41,498 nt of DNA from NCBI GenBank assembly GCA_045534215.1, contig JAZSJG010000029.1, forward strand, positions 1-41,498, written 5' to 3'. The DNA is from Eubacteriales bacterium (lineage in GTDB: Bacteria; Bacillota; Clostridia; Oscillospirales; CAG-272). The translations under genes and the position numbers were made by a program. Shown here one piece after another: positions 28,557 to 37,649 of the stretch. Every line of letters starts with the position of its first letter. Within the stretch, counting starts at the first letter, position 1. Below the pieces are notes generated by a model. That model was not told the DNA's origin. It saw nothing but the letters and a program-made list of their open reading frames with translations, and did no database searches.

Positions 28557-31283
28557 TTAACTTTCTACACCGATTTTTCTGTCAGTTATATCGGTGTTTG
28601 TATCCATTTGTTCGGTATTCAGATAATAGCTTCCGCCGACAATACCTCCGACGAATGAGCTTCCGCTTACCGCAGCTGTATTTTCGCAATAGGTAATTGC
28701 GAAGTAATTTTTATATCCATGGCCGCCGCTGGAATAATTAACGCCTGATGCAAAACCGACAATGCCGCCTACATATTTTGTTCCGTTAATGCTTCCGCTA
28801 TTTTTATTGCCCGTGTTGTTATAAATGCTTCCTCCGGCCTTTGTGATAGTGTAACCTGCGATACCACCTGTATAGTCAGCACCATTTATAGCACCGATGT
28901 TTGTGTTTCCGGTTATGGAGTTTTCATCTCTGGTGACAAGATATCCAGCAAGACCGCCCGTGTACATACCACCGGTTGAAACGGATATGTCTGCAGTATT
29001 GGTGCACTTTATAAGAGCGGTGCAGAATCCTGCAATACCTCCGACGTATGCAACGCTTGAATTATCTTTAATAGTTGCTTCAATCGAAATTATATCACCA
29101 TTGTTTACTGCATCTTCGATTGCTCCAGCAACTCCTGCAAAGCCGCCTACGTATGATTTTCCCGTTATGGTATTCTCACTCGTTTCACCTGTAGCGAAAA
29201 TATAAGTATCCTCGCCGCACCCAATAAGACCACCGACATAGCTTCCACCCTTGATGTCCGAGTTGTTATATGAGGTATTAATTTCCGTAACCTTAAATCC
29301 GCGGCCGAAAATACCTCCTGCGTAGTCGCCTGTCGCAGTTATCTCACCGCTGTTTTCAAGAGCAGTTGCGGTAATATAGTTGTATGTCCAATAGCCGCCG
29401 CTTGTTGAGTAATGAGCGCCCGAGGCAGAGCCGATAATGCCGCCTACGAAGCTTTTGCCGGAAACAGGACCGTAGTTTTTTGAATCGGAAACAAAATATG
29501 TTTCTCCGCCGTTAACGTTAATAAGTTCTCCTGCAATACCTCCTGTAAAATCGGCTCCGGAAATAAGAGCTAAATTCTCATTTTTCTTAAATGAATCTGC
29601 ATTTGCCAGATTAACGAATCCTGCAAGACCGCCTGTGTAAGCTCCGGATGTTGTGGAAATTATGTCAGATGTGTTTTTGCATTTGATAAGTCCTTTACAA
29701 TATCCGGCAATACCGCCAATGTAAGTTCCCTGATTCTTGACTCCAGTTGCAGTTATTTGTCCGTTGTTAACTGCACCTTCGATAACACCTGCAAGACCTG
29801 CAAAGCCGCCGACATAGGTTTTTCCACTTATCATACTGTCGTTAGGGGCATCAGAGGCATTTATGTATGTACCTTCTGCATGACCTATAAATCCGCCAAC
29901 ATAATCAGCTCCGCTTATATCTGCTGAGTTTTTGCTGACTGTTAACGTGTTAAGCTGCGTTGCGTGACCGACAAGTCCGCCAACGTATAAGTCTGTTCCT
30001 GTAACCTCTGCTTTGTTCTCAAGAAGTGAGAAATCAAAATAGTTATATGCCCAATAACCACCGCCTGTTGGAAAATGAGCTCCGTAAACCTCGCCGACGA
30101 TACCGCCAACATATGATTCACCGTTTACTTCACCGCAGTTCGTGAGTTCTGTAATTGCAAAAGTTCCGCTTACCGGTCTTCCGGTAATAATTCCGAACAC
30201 TCCGCCAACCTTTTCTTCTGCGGTTACATCGGCATTATTTGTAATGTTTTTAACGAAATCCTGTCCGCCGACTGCGACATATCCTGCAACGCCACCGGTC
30301 ATGTTAGCACCGATAACAGAGGCGTTATTTGTGGAGCTTATAATTTTTCCACCGTCACAAAAGCCAACGATACCGCCGACATAGTCGTAATACTTAGCAT
30401 TTACTGTTCCGCTTACTGTAACGTTTTCTATTGCACCAGTGCTTGTGCCGGCAAGGATACCCGCCTTTTCAGATTTACCTTTTGCGGTTATGAGAGCATT
30501 TTCAATAATGAGGTTTTTTACTTCTCCCGACAGAGTCGCAAAAAGACCTATGTTTGCACTGTTTGTTGTTTCAAACTTAAGACCTGTAATTTTGTGTCCG
30601 AGTCCATCAAGCTTGCCGCTGAAGTTTTCAATAGGTTGCCATTCTTCTATACCGGAAAGGTCAATATCGGCAAAGAGAACGTAAGAATCCGAAGAACCTG
30701 AAATCTTAAGAAAGTCGTCCACATTCAGAATCTTCTTTGTAAGATAGTAGGAGTTTTCTCCTACCATATCCTTACTTTCCCATTCGCATATATAGTATCT
30801 CTTCAGGTCATTTGATAGGTCATCCCAGGTAAAATTATATTCCGAGTTCCAAATAGCTAATCTTGAGCCGGTGTTGTCGGGTTGTCTAGGTCCCCATTCG
30901 AAGAAATTCCAGCTCTCGCCGGTTATCCAAACCCATTCACCGTTTTCCTGAAATCCGCCCGAGAAAAACGACGGCATATCATTGTTGCTGATATTCGCCT
31001 TGTTCAAAAGCTTTTTTATAAAAGCATTCTCTTCTTCCGATGTGATTGTGACAAGATGTCCTCCGATTTCCTCGCACTTTTTCTCTGCGTCTGTCCAGTG
31101 CAAGCTTTCTTCGTACAGTGCATAATAATGTCCGTTATGTAAATACAAGGTTTTGTCTATGCTGTCAAATCTTTCCTCTGTAAAAACGTACGGTTTGTCA
31201 CCGTCGTCAAGACAGGAGGTAACAGAAAAGACGAGCAAGAGTACCAAAGTAAATAAAAGGCAATACTTAAAAAATCTTTTCAT
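28557..31283 (-). CDS. Surface lipoprotein with N-terminal C-type lectin domain and GLUG-type glycine-rich repeats
   Basis: Lipobox VTSC; CTL motifs NGHYY...W.DA...C...GGHLVTI...W.W..G...W...QPD...WDD...YICE; many N.G.(V/I).G..YVGG(I/L).G repeats; start ATG 31283 after GGAG. Confidence 0.8.
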   Translation of the reverse strand: MKRFFKYCLLFTLVLLLVFSVTSCLDDGDKPYVFTEERFDSIDKTLYLHNGHYYALYEESLHWTDAEKKCEEIGGHLVTITSEEENAFIKKLLNKANISNNDMPSFFSGGFQENGEWVWITGESWNFFEWGPRQPDNTGSRLAIWNSEYNFTWDDLSNDLKRYYICEWESKDMVGENSYYLTKKILNVDDFLKISGSSDSYVLFADIDLSGIEEWQPIENFSGKLDGLGHKITGLKFETTNSANIGLFATLSGEVKNLIIENALITAKGKSEKAGILAGTSTGAIENVTVSGTVNAKYYDYVGGIVGFCDGGKIISSTNNASVIGANMTGGVAGYVAVGGQDFVKNITNNADVTAEEKVGGVFGIITGRPVSGTFAITELTNCGEVNGESYVGGIVGEVYGAHFPTGGGYWAYNYFDFSLLENKAEVTGTDLYVGGLVGHATQLNTLTVSKNSADISGADYVGGFIGHAEGTYINASDAPNDSMISGKTYVGGFAGLAGVIEGAVNNGQITATGVKNQGTYIGGIAGYCKGLIKCKNTSDIISTTSGAYTGGLAGFVNLANADSFKKNENLALISGADFTGGIAGELINVNGGETYFVSDSKNYGPVSGKSFVGGIIGSASGAHYSTSGGYWTYNYITATALENSGEITATGDYAGGIFGRGFKVTEINTSYNNSDIKGGSYVGGLIGCGEDTYIFATGETSENTITGKSYVGGFAGVAGAIEDAVNNGDIISIEATIKDNSSVAYVGGIAGFCTALIKCTNTADISVSTGGMYTGGLAGYLVTRDENSITGNTNIGAINGADYTGGIAGYTITKAGGSIYNNTGNKNSGSINGTKYVGGIVGFASGVNYSSGGHGYKNYFAITYCENTAAVSGSSFVGGIVGGSYYLNTEQMDTNTDITDRKIGVES

Positions 31284-31367
31284 ATAAGCTCCTACAAAAA
31301 TGCGCCGCACAGTTTTAGACCAAGTAAGGAATCCGTAAGCTATGCGGCGTATATTAGTATAAAAGGA

Positions 31368-32393
31368 TTATCTCTGTATTCTTCCCGTAGCATTTCCGCC
31401 GGCAAGAGCTTTAACCTCGTCAAGAGAAACCATGTTGTAGTCGCCCTCGATAGAGTGCTTAAGGCAGGAAGCTGCAACTGCAAATTCTACTGCATCCTGT
31501 GTCGTGTAGTTGTTGAGGCAGGAGTAAATAAGACCTCCGCCAAAGCTGTCACCGCCACCGACTCTGTCAACTATATGCATGTGATATGATTTCGAGAAGC
31601 AGTATTCTTCCTTTGCACTGTCGTAAAGGAGGGCTGCCCAGTCGTTATCATTTGCGCTTATTGAGGAACGAAGAGTGATAGCAACCTTTTCAAAACCGAA
31701 CTTTTCTGCAAGCTGGCGTGCAACAGATTTGTATCCCTCGTGATTGAGCTTTCCGCCTGCTATATCGGTATTTTCCGCATCAATTCCGAATACGTCGTGA
31801 GCATCCTCTTCATTGGAAATGCAAACGTCAACGTACTTGCAAAGCTCGGTCATTGTTGCCTGTGCCTGCTCTCTTGACCAAAGCTTCTTTCTGAAGTTGA
31901 GGTCGCAGGAAATTTTAACACCGTGCTCTTTTGCCGCTTTACATGCGTCAAGACAAATTTTTGCTACTGTAGGATTGAGAGCGGGAGTAATTCCTGTGAA
32001 GTGGAACCAATCAACACCCTCGAAAATATTATTCCAATCGAAATCCTCGGGCTGAGCCATTGCAATAGCAGAATAAGCTCTGTCGTAAATTACCTTGGAA
32101 GGACGCTGAGACGCACCCTTTTCATTGAAATAAATTCCAACTCTGTCTCCACCGCGTACTATCTTGGAAGTATCTACTCCGAATCTGCGAAGAGAGTTTA
32201 CAGCCGCTTGGCCGATTTCGTGCTTAGGGAGCTTAGTTACAAACACACTGTCAATGCCGTAATTAGCAAGTGAAACGGATACGTTTGCTTCTCCACCGCC
32301 GTATACTACACCGAACTTGTCTGCCTGAGTGAAACGGTAGTATCCCTCCGGAGCAAGTCTTAACATAATTTCGCCAAATGTTACAACCTTCAT
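31368..32393 (-). CDS. kdgK: PfkB-family sugar kinase, 2-dehydro-3-deoxygluconokinase-like
   Basis: VTFGEIMLRL, GGGEANV, HFTGITPAL, CDLNFRKKLW, DRVGGGDSF, KHSIEGD. Confidence 0.85.
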   Translation of the reverse strand: MKVVTFGEIMLRLAPEGYYRFTQADKFGVVYGGGEANVSVSLANYGIDSVFVTKLPKHEIGQAAVNSLRRFGVDTSKIVRGGDRVGIYFNEKGASQRPSKVIYDRAYSAIAMAQPEDFDWNNIFEGVDWFHFTGITPALNPTVAKICLDACKAAKEHGVKISCDLNFRKKLWSREQAQATMTELCKYVDVCISNEEDAHDVFGIDAENTDIAGGKLNHEGYKSVARQLAEKFGFEKVAITLRSSISANDNDWAALLYDSAKEEYCFSKSYHMHIVDRVGGGDSFGGGLIYSCLNNYTTQDAVEFAVAASCLKHSIEGDYNMVSLDEVKALAGGNATGRIQR

Positions 32394-32435
32394 AAAAGTT
32401 ATATCCTTTCGGTATGTATTTATTAAATCAAGTAG

Positions 32436-32464
32436 ATTATACCACAGCCCAAAAACAAAATCAA
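32436..32464 (-). promoter_or_regulatory. SigA-type promoter of kdgK (extended -10)
   Basis: Minus strand TTGATT-17bp-TATAAT with TG extension. Confidence 0.7.
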
Positions 32465-32499
32465 GTGTAATATTAATTTTATAAATATTTTCCTTGTGG

Positions 32500-32736
32500 T
32501 CAGCGTTTTAATTCCAAAAGGCAGTTTGCACAAACCTTTTTGCCTTTGAACTCATTATTTGCGATTTGACCGCAGAAAATACAGCTCTTCTCATATTTTG
32601 TAAGTATAATTCTCGTTCCGTCAACATATATTTCAACGGGGTCGCGCTCTGCGATTCCGAGCTCGTCACGAATTTCTTTGGGAACAACAATACGGCCAAG
32701 ACGGTCGATTTTACGAATAACACCGGTAGATTTCAT
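32500..32736 (-). CDS. abrB: AbrB/MazE/SpoVT-family transition-state regulator with C-terminal CxxC..CxxC
   Basis: MKSTGVIRKIDRLGRIVVPKEIR...CIFCG...CANC; real start at ATG 32736 inside the longer ORF call. Confidence 0.88.
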   Translation of the reverse strand: MKSTGVIRKIDRLGRIVVPKEIRDELGIAERDPVEIYVDGTRIILTKYEKSCIFCGQIANNEFKGKKVCANCLLELKR

Positions 32737-32818
32737 TGTTTTTTTGCCTCTTTCATAATGGGGTTTGCTTACTTTATAGATTTTTGACATATTTTGTCGC
32801 AAAAAAGCAAGATAACTA

Positions 32819-32847
32819 ATTCTACCATATTTATCTTCAAAAATCAA
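32819..32847 (-). promoter_or_regulatory. SigA-type promoter of abrB
   Basis: Minus strand TTGATT-17bp-TAGAAT with TG extension. Confidence 0.6.
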
Positions 32848-32938
32848 GCATTTTGAGCCGAAAATACTTAGTCGAAAATAACAAAAAATTTCGTATGCTA
32901 AAGTGAAAAAATAGCGTAATTGTAGAAAAATCAAATGT

Positions 32939-33808
32939 ATGAAAGAAAAATACTTTATGTTGGCACTTCCCATAAAAATCAAAGAGGAAATAAAACGGCT
33001 TCTGTTGTGTCGCAATGTGAGTGACTCGGATATTTCCGAAATACGTATAAGAGCGTACGGTAAAAACTCTGTCACAGTTCGTGGCGAACGGATTTATTTG
33101 AGCTCTAAAACGAATGAAAAGGAGCTTTCAGAGTCCCTTAAACTTCTTTGCGACGGAGCTATTTACGCTCACCGTGACAGCATAGAAGACGGTTACATAA
33201 CTCTCAAATCCGGAATAAGAGTAGGTATAGCCGGTAGAGCAAGGTATGACAGCGGTAAGTTTATCGGCATATCTGATATTTCTTCTTTGGTTTTCAGAAT
33301 ACCTACAGAGATAAGCGAATGTAAAGACGAGCTATATTCGGAATTCATGAAAGCTTCTTGCGGAATGCTTATATATTCAAAGCCGGGGGTCGGTAAGACG
33401 ACGGCACTGCGCTCTCTGACAGGATTGCTCGGTACAGGTAAAAAAGCCCTTCAGGTTGTCGTGATAGATGAAAGAGGCGAGTTCGCCAGTGAGGACTATT
33501 CGGCTAGGACCGTTGATATAATAACCGGGCATAAGAGAGCAAAGGGCGCTCAGATTGCACTGAGAACGCTCTCCCCGGATGTAATAGTACTTGATGAAAT
33601 CGGCTCTCTTGAGGAAAGCGAAAGCTTGACAGAAGCTTTGAACTCGGGAGTTAAGATTGTCGCAAGCGCACACGCATCAAGCTTTGAGGAGCTGCTTCGC
33701 CGAGCAAGCATACGTCCGTTTCTTGAAAGAAAAGTTTTTGATGTTTATTGCGGACTTTCACTTTGTGATAACAGAAGGATGCTTACTTTTACAAGGAGTG
33801 AAAAATGA
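32939..33808 (+). CDS. spoIIIAA: Stage III sporulation protein AA (ATPase)
   Basis: EIRIR, GYITL..GIRVG.AG, PGVGKTTALR, IDERGE, LRTLSPDVIVLDEIG, ASAH. Confidence 0.9.
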   Translation: MKEKYFMLALPIKIKEEIKRLLLCRNVSDSDISEIRIRAYGKNSVTVRGERIYLSSKTNEKELSESLKLLCDGAIYAHRDSIEDGYITLKSGIRVGIAGRARYDSGKFIGISDISSLVFRIPTEISECKDELYSEFMKASCGMLIYSKPGVGKTTALRSLTGLLGTGKKALQVVVIDERGEFASEDYSARTVDIITGHKRAKGAQIALRTLSPDVIVLDEIGSLEESESLTEALNSGVKIVASAHASSFEELLRRASIRPFLERKVFDVYCGLSLCDNRRMLTFTRSEK

Positions 33809-34287
33809 AGTATATAGCAGTAGCTGTCTTTTTAATTCCGGCACTCTACATATATCGGGAGTATTCAAAAAAAAGCAAAGCAAGACTTAAGCAGTGCCTT
33901 TCTTTTTTGTCATTTATTCGTTATGCCAAGGTGCAGCTTTCTTGCTATCTAAAGCCAATAAGAGAAATAGCTGAGAATTTTGACGACCGAGTACTTTCGG
34001 AAATCGGTTTTATTGAAAGAATCAAGAACAGTGACACTCCTGTAAAAGCATTTCGGGAATGCGAAGAGCTTCTTTCGCTTGGAAAAGAGGAGAGGGATAT
34101 TCTTTTGGAGCTGTTTTCTCATATAGGCGACGGATACATGGAACAAAGCTTGAAGCTTATTGATTCGGCTATCGGACAGTTGGAAGGGATAAGCGAAGAA
34201 TTGAAAAAAGAAGTGCCACGTACAATAAAGCTCGCACTTACCCTCACTGCCACCGCCACGGCGGGACTCTTTATACTTGTGATGTAA
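33805..34287 (+). CDS. spoIIIAB: Stage III sporulation protein AB
   Basis: N- and C-terminal hydrophobic segments, size and position after spoIIIAA. Confidence 0.75.
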   Translation: MKYIAVAVFLIPALYIYREYSKKSKARLKQCLSFLSFIRYAKVQLSCYLKPIREIAENFDDRVLSEIGFIERIKNSDTPVKAFRECEELLSLGKEERDILLELFSHIGDGYMEQSLKLIDSAIGQLEGISEELKKEVPRTIKLALTLTATATAGLFILVM

Positions 34288-34325
34288 GGGAGTAAAAATC
34301 GGAGAGCAAAAAAGAAAGGTAGAGT

Positions 34326-34520
34326 ATGGATATATCATTGATAATGAAGATTGCCGGTGTCGGTATGATAGTAACTGTGGCTTGTCAGCTTCTTTCTAAA
34401 GCAGGCAGGGACGAGCAGGCAACATACGTTTCACTTGCCGGAATAATAGTTGCTCTCTTGATTCTTTTGGGTGAGGTAGGGAAGCTTTTTGAAACCATAA
34501 AGGATGTGTTTGGAATTTGA
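34326..34520 (+). CDS. spoIIIAC: Stage III sporulation protein AC
   Basis: MDISLIMKIAGVG...L..AGRDEQA...LAG...F..I...F, 64 aa. Confidence 0.93.
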   Translation: MDISLIMKIAGVGMIVTVACQLLSKAGRDEQATYVSLAGIIVALLILLGEVGKLFETIKDVFGI

Positions 34521-34897
34521 TGCTTCGCTTGATAGGAATAGCGTTGATTTTTGCGGTATCGGCATTACTGCTTCGAGCTCTCGGTTGGCGGGGGGTACCT
34601 GTTTTTTGTGTTCTCGGTTTTTTGTTCTTAATATCGGAGGCGGCAAGCGGTTTTTTCGCTGCGTTTTCGCAAATCAACGAGCAGCTTTCATATTCGGTCG
34701 GAAAGGATGCGGTTGCGTCTGCTCTTAAAATTATAGGTATAGGATACCTGTTCGGGATTTGTGCGGACATATGTCGAGAGCTAGGCGAGGGAACTGTCGC
34801 AAAAGGAGTTGAAATTGCGGGGCGTGTAGAGATAATAACCGTAACTTTGCCATTTTTAGAGGAAATTATAAAAATAGGAGCAGCACTTTTAGAATGA
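34517..34897 (+). CDS. spoIIIAD: Stage III sporulation protein AD
   Basis: LKIIGIGYL...ADICRELGE..VA..VEIAGR. Confidence 0.88.
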   Translation: MMLRLIGIALIFAVSALLLRALGWRGVPVFCVLGFLFLISEAASGFFAAFSQINEQLSYSVGKDAVASALKIIGIGYLFGICADICRELGEGTVAKGVEIAGRVEIITVTLPFLEEIIKIGAALLE

Positions 34898-35994
34898 AGG
34901 TAGTTAAATTTGTAGCAATAGCTTTCTTGCTCTTTTTTTGTTTTAACGTTACGTCCTATGCTGCGGCCGGGGAGAAAAATACGGAGGACTGGTTGAATGA
35001 GTTTTCTTCAGTTTTACCGGATAACACGGCAAAACCAATAGACCCGGATGAGCTTATTTCAGATGTGGGTATGGATGCTTTGCTTGGAGAGCTTTTCTCT
35101 GCAATAAAAAATGAAGGCAAGGGAGCGCTTTCCCTGCTGATGCTCTTATTCGGAGCTTCGGTCCTGTTGACGGTAGGTGAAAACGGAATCGGGTTTGGAG
35201 AAAACACGCTGTTCAAAGGAGTAAATGTAGGAATTTCAATAATATCTTCTGTTCTGATATTTGGAAGAATAGGCGAGGCGTGTCGCGCGGTCCTTGACGG
35301 ACTTGCTAAAATCGGGAGCTTTTTATCTGCATCATTGCCTATACTCACGGGAATAACAGCGGCGGGCGGAAATCTCAATTCCGCTGCGGTACAAGCGTTA
35401 AATATAAACATAACTCTTGCTGCTGTAGAACGCATTTCGAACGAGACTTTAACACCCCTTGTTTTTGCTCTTTTCGCTTTGTCCATGGTATCCGGTCTTG
35501 ATGAGGGCGGTATCGGTTCAATTGCCAAAAGCATAAAGGGGGGATTTACGTGGGTACTTGGAATATCCGCTACGGTAACGGTCGGAGCAATGTCTCTGCA
35601 GTCTCTTGTAGCTTCCGCGACAGACGGTGCATATTTACGTGCGGCTAAATATGCGGCAACCGGACTAATACCTGTTGTCGGCGGCGCAGTGTCAGCGGCA
35701 ATGTCAAGTCTTGCAGGAGGTCTTTCATACGTAAAAAACACGGTGGGTGTGTCTGCAGTAGCAGCTATTCTTGGTTTTGCGCTACCGCCACTTGTGATGC
35801 TGTTGCTTTACAGATTGGCGTTTTCAATTAATATAACTTTTCTCGAAGTTGTAAATTGCGGCAGGGGCGTGAGAATTTTTACAGCTTTCAGAGGGGCGTT
35901 GGATGCGCTTCTCGCCATGTATTCAATATCAACAATTATTTACATTTGTGAAATTGTAATATTCATGAAGAGTGGGGTGGAGGTATTTGGGTGA
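34894..35994 (+). CDS. spoIIIAE: Stage III sporulation protein AE
   Basis: Polytopic membrane protein with RAAKYA..IPVVGG, KNTVG; operon position. Confidence 0.88.
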   Translation: MKVVKFVAIAFLLFFCFNVTSYAAAGEKNTEDWLNEFSSVLPDNTAKPIDPDELISDVGMDALLGELFSAIKNEGKGALSLLMLLFGASVLLTVGENGIGFGENTLFKGVNVGISIISSVLIFGRIGEACRAVLDGLAKIGSFLSASLPILTGITAAGGNLNSAAVQALNINITLAAVERISNETLTPLVFALFALSMVSGLDEGGIGSIAKSIKGGFTWVLGISATVTVGAMSLQSLVASATDGAYLRAAKYAATGLIPVVGGAVSAAMSSLAGGLSYVKNTVGVSAVAAILGFALPPLVMLLLYRLAFSINITFLEVVNCGRGVRIFTAFRGALDALLAMYSISTIIYICEIVIFMKSGVEVFG

Positions 35995-36451
35995 ATATTT
36001 GCTTTCCGTTGTTGTCATGTCTGCGTTTGTCGGTGTGATAGATTATTTTTCATATCCGTCCGGCACACAAAAAACAGTAAAGGCATCAGCGGCGCTGATT
36101 TTGATTTATACGGTAATCGTTCCCGTTTTATCTATTGCTAGCTCTTTGGGAGAGATACGGGATGACTTTATGGATATTTTTGAGGTTGAGGTTGATACAG
36201 AGGGGGAATATTTAAAGGTCAGCGAAGAGGCATTCTGTGAAGGTGTTCGTGAACTTGTGGCAAGCGAGTTTTCTATTCCGAAAAGCGATGTACGAGTTTC
36301 AGCATTTGGCTTCGATTTTAGCCAAATGCGCGCTAAAACAATAAAAATAACTTTGTTTAAGGAAGCTTTCTTCGCAGACTGGCGGGGTATACAGCAATAC
36401 ATTAAAGGACTTGGGATTGGAGATTGTGAGGTGAATGTTTCCTTTGAGTAA
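35987..36451 (+). CDS. spoIIIAF: Stage III sporulation protein AF
   Basis: Two N-terminal TM segments, position between AE and AG; start uncertain (TTG 35987 or GTG 35972). Confidence 0.7.
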   Translation: MGEYLLSVVVMSAFVGVIDYFSYPSGTQKTVKASAALILIYTVIVPVLSIASSLGEIRDDFMDIFEVEVDTEGEYLKVSEEAFCEGVRELVASEFSIPKSDVRVSAFGFDFSQMRAKTIKITLFKEAFFADWRGIQQYIKGLGIGDCEVNVSFE

Positions 36452-36872
36452 GGGATTACTTAGCTTTGTAAAGGAAAAAAAGGGGATAGCCATAGCTTTT
36501 ATCTTTATGTTGCTCGGAGTGATTCTGATATTCTCATCATCACTTTTTGACGCAGATGAGAATAAAGATGCCGCGAATACGGAAAAAAGTGCCGAGGAAT
36601 ACCGATTGTATTTGGAAGAGGAGCTTGAGGGATTTTGCGAACAAATCGAAGGCGTTGGCAGATGCCGCGTGTTCTTGACAATTGAAATAAACAAAACCGA
36701 TTCGTACAAAAGCTATTATGTAAGTGAAACAAGTCCCCCTGCAGTCCTCGGGATAACTGTACTTTGCGAGGGTGCAGATTCAGACGCAGTAAAGAAAAAT
36801 CTTACACAAATGCTTGCTGCTCTTTTTGGAATTGGGAGTAATAGAATTTCGGTTTTGAAATTAAATTTGTGA
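36435..36872 (+). CDS. spoIIIAG: Stage III sporulation protein AG (short)
   Basis: LE..L....IEGVG...V..T, P.V.G..V.CEGAD, LFGI..NRI.V. Confidence 0.85.
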   Translation: MFPLSKGLLSFVKEKKGIAIAFIFMLLGVILIFSSSLFDADENKDAANTEKSAEEYRLYLEEELEGFCEQIEGVGRCRVFLTIEINKTDSYKSYYVSETSPPAVLGITVLCEGADSDAVKKNLTQMLAALFGIGSNRISVLKLNL

Positions 36873-36939
36873 AAGCGGAATATAGCGACCGGGTTGCACA
36901 TAGGATTTATCAGAAACAAATACAAGGAGCGTTAATAAA

Positions 36940-37500
36940 ATGAAAAACGAAAAAGTTAAAAAATTCTTCTCTTCAAGAGTGACCCGCAATGTTGTAGTCG
37001 TAGTTACCGTGTTGCTGATTGGTTTGGCGGTTTACTTAAATTACAGATGGTTCTACGACCCAATGGATTCTCTCGGCTTCGGAGATAACAACATGGATAA
37101 CAATAATGACCAGAGCCAAAGCACGTCGGGTGATACAGATGATAATGAGAGCAAGAACAACTATTTCACCTCTGTTGCTTTAGTGCGCCAACAGTCAAGA
37201 GATGAAGCAATAGACGTTCTTATGCTTATTACCGAAAACGAAGAAGCAGATGAGGCGGCAAAGGCGGAAGCTGCTGAGAAAATTTCCAAGATAGCTGTTG
37301 ATATTCAAAATGAAACTAATATTGAAACTCTTGTAAAAGCAAAGGGATTTGAGGATTGCATAGCTGTAATTTCAGAGGATGCCGTAAGTGTCATTGTAAG
37401 AGCGGACTCCCTTCAGGCAAACGAAGCTGCTCAAATACTCAGTATTGTGTACGAAACTACAGGCATATCTCCTCAGAATATAAGCATTATCAATAAATAA
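36940..37500 (+). CDS. spoIIIAH: Stage III sporulation protein AH
   Basis: AVYLNY, YF....L.R...R, E..IE.LVKAKGFEDC, V.VIV. Confidence 0.9.
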   Translation: MKNEKVKKFFSSRVTRNVVVVVTVLLIGLAVYLNYRWFYDPMDSLGFGDNNMDNNNDQSQSTSGDTDDNESKNNYFTSVALVRQQSRDEAIDVLMLITENEEADEAAKAEAAEKISKIAVDIQNETNIETLVKAKGFEDCIAVISEDAVSVIVRADSLQANEAAQILSIVYETTGISPQNISIINK

Positions 37501-37542
37501 GCGTGCATTACGAGCGATATAGTTGTGCATCTTAAATGTCAT

Positions 37543-37574
37543 AAAAGCACCGTGCAAAATTAACGGTGCTTTTT
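37543..37574 (+). terminator. Terminator after spoIIIAH
   Basis: AAAAGCACCGT...ACGGTGCTTTTT. Confidence 0.8.
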
Positions 37575-37586
37575 CTTAATTTGATG

Positions 37587-37616
37587 TTGACAAGAACACT
37601 TTAGTGTGGTAAAATG
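37587..37616 (+). promoter_or_regulatory. SigA promoter of asd overlapped by HisR/YerC-like operator (37597-37616)
   Basis: TTGACA-17bp-TAAAAT (TG-extended); CACTTTAGTGTGGTAAAATG is a near-perfect palindrome (minus strand TTTA-N6-TAAAGTG). Confidence 0.7.
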
Positions 37617-37649
37617 TATTGCATATTATTAATATTTTGGAGAGGAAAA

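Noticed and set aside
28557-31283. C-type lectin protein as a diversity-generating retroelement target
   Set aside because: No reverse transcriptase and no template/variable repeat pair differing at adenines in the window; the lectin domain is N-terminal
32737-33075. 191-aa N-terminally extended AbrB ORF
   Set aside because: The extension overlaps spoIIIAA antisense and the promoter region; homology and RBS support the start at 32736
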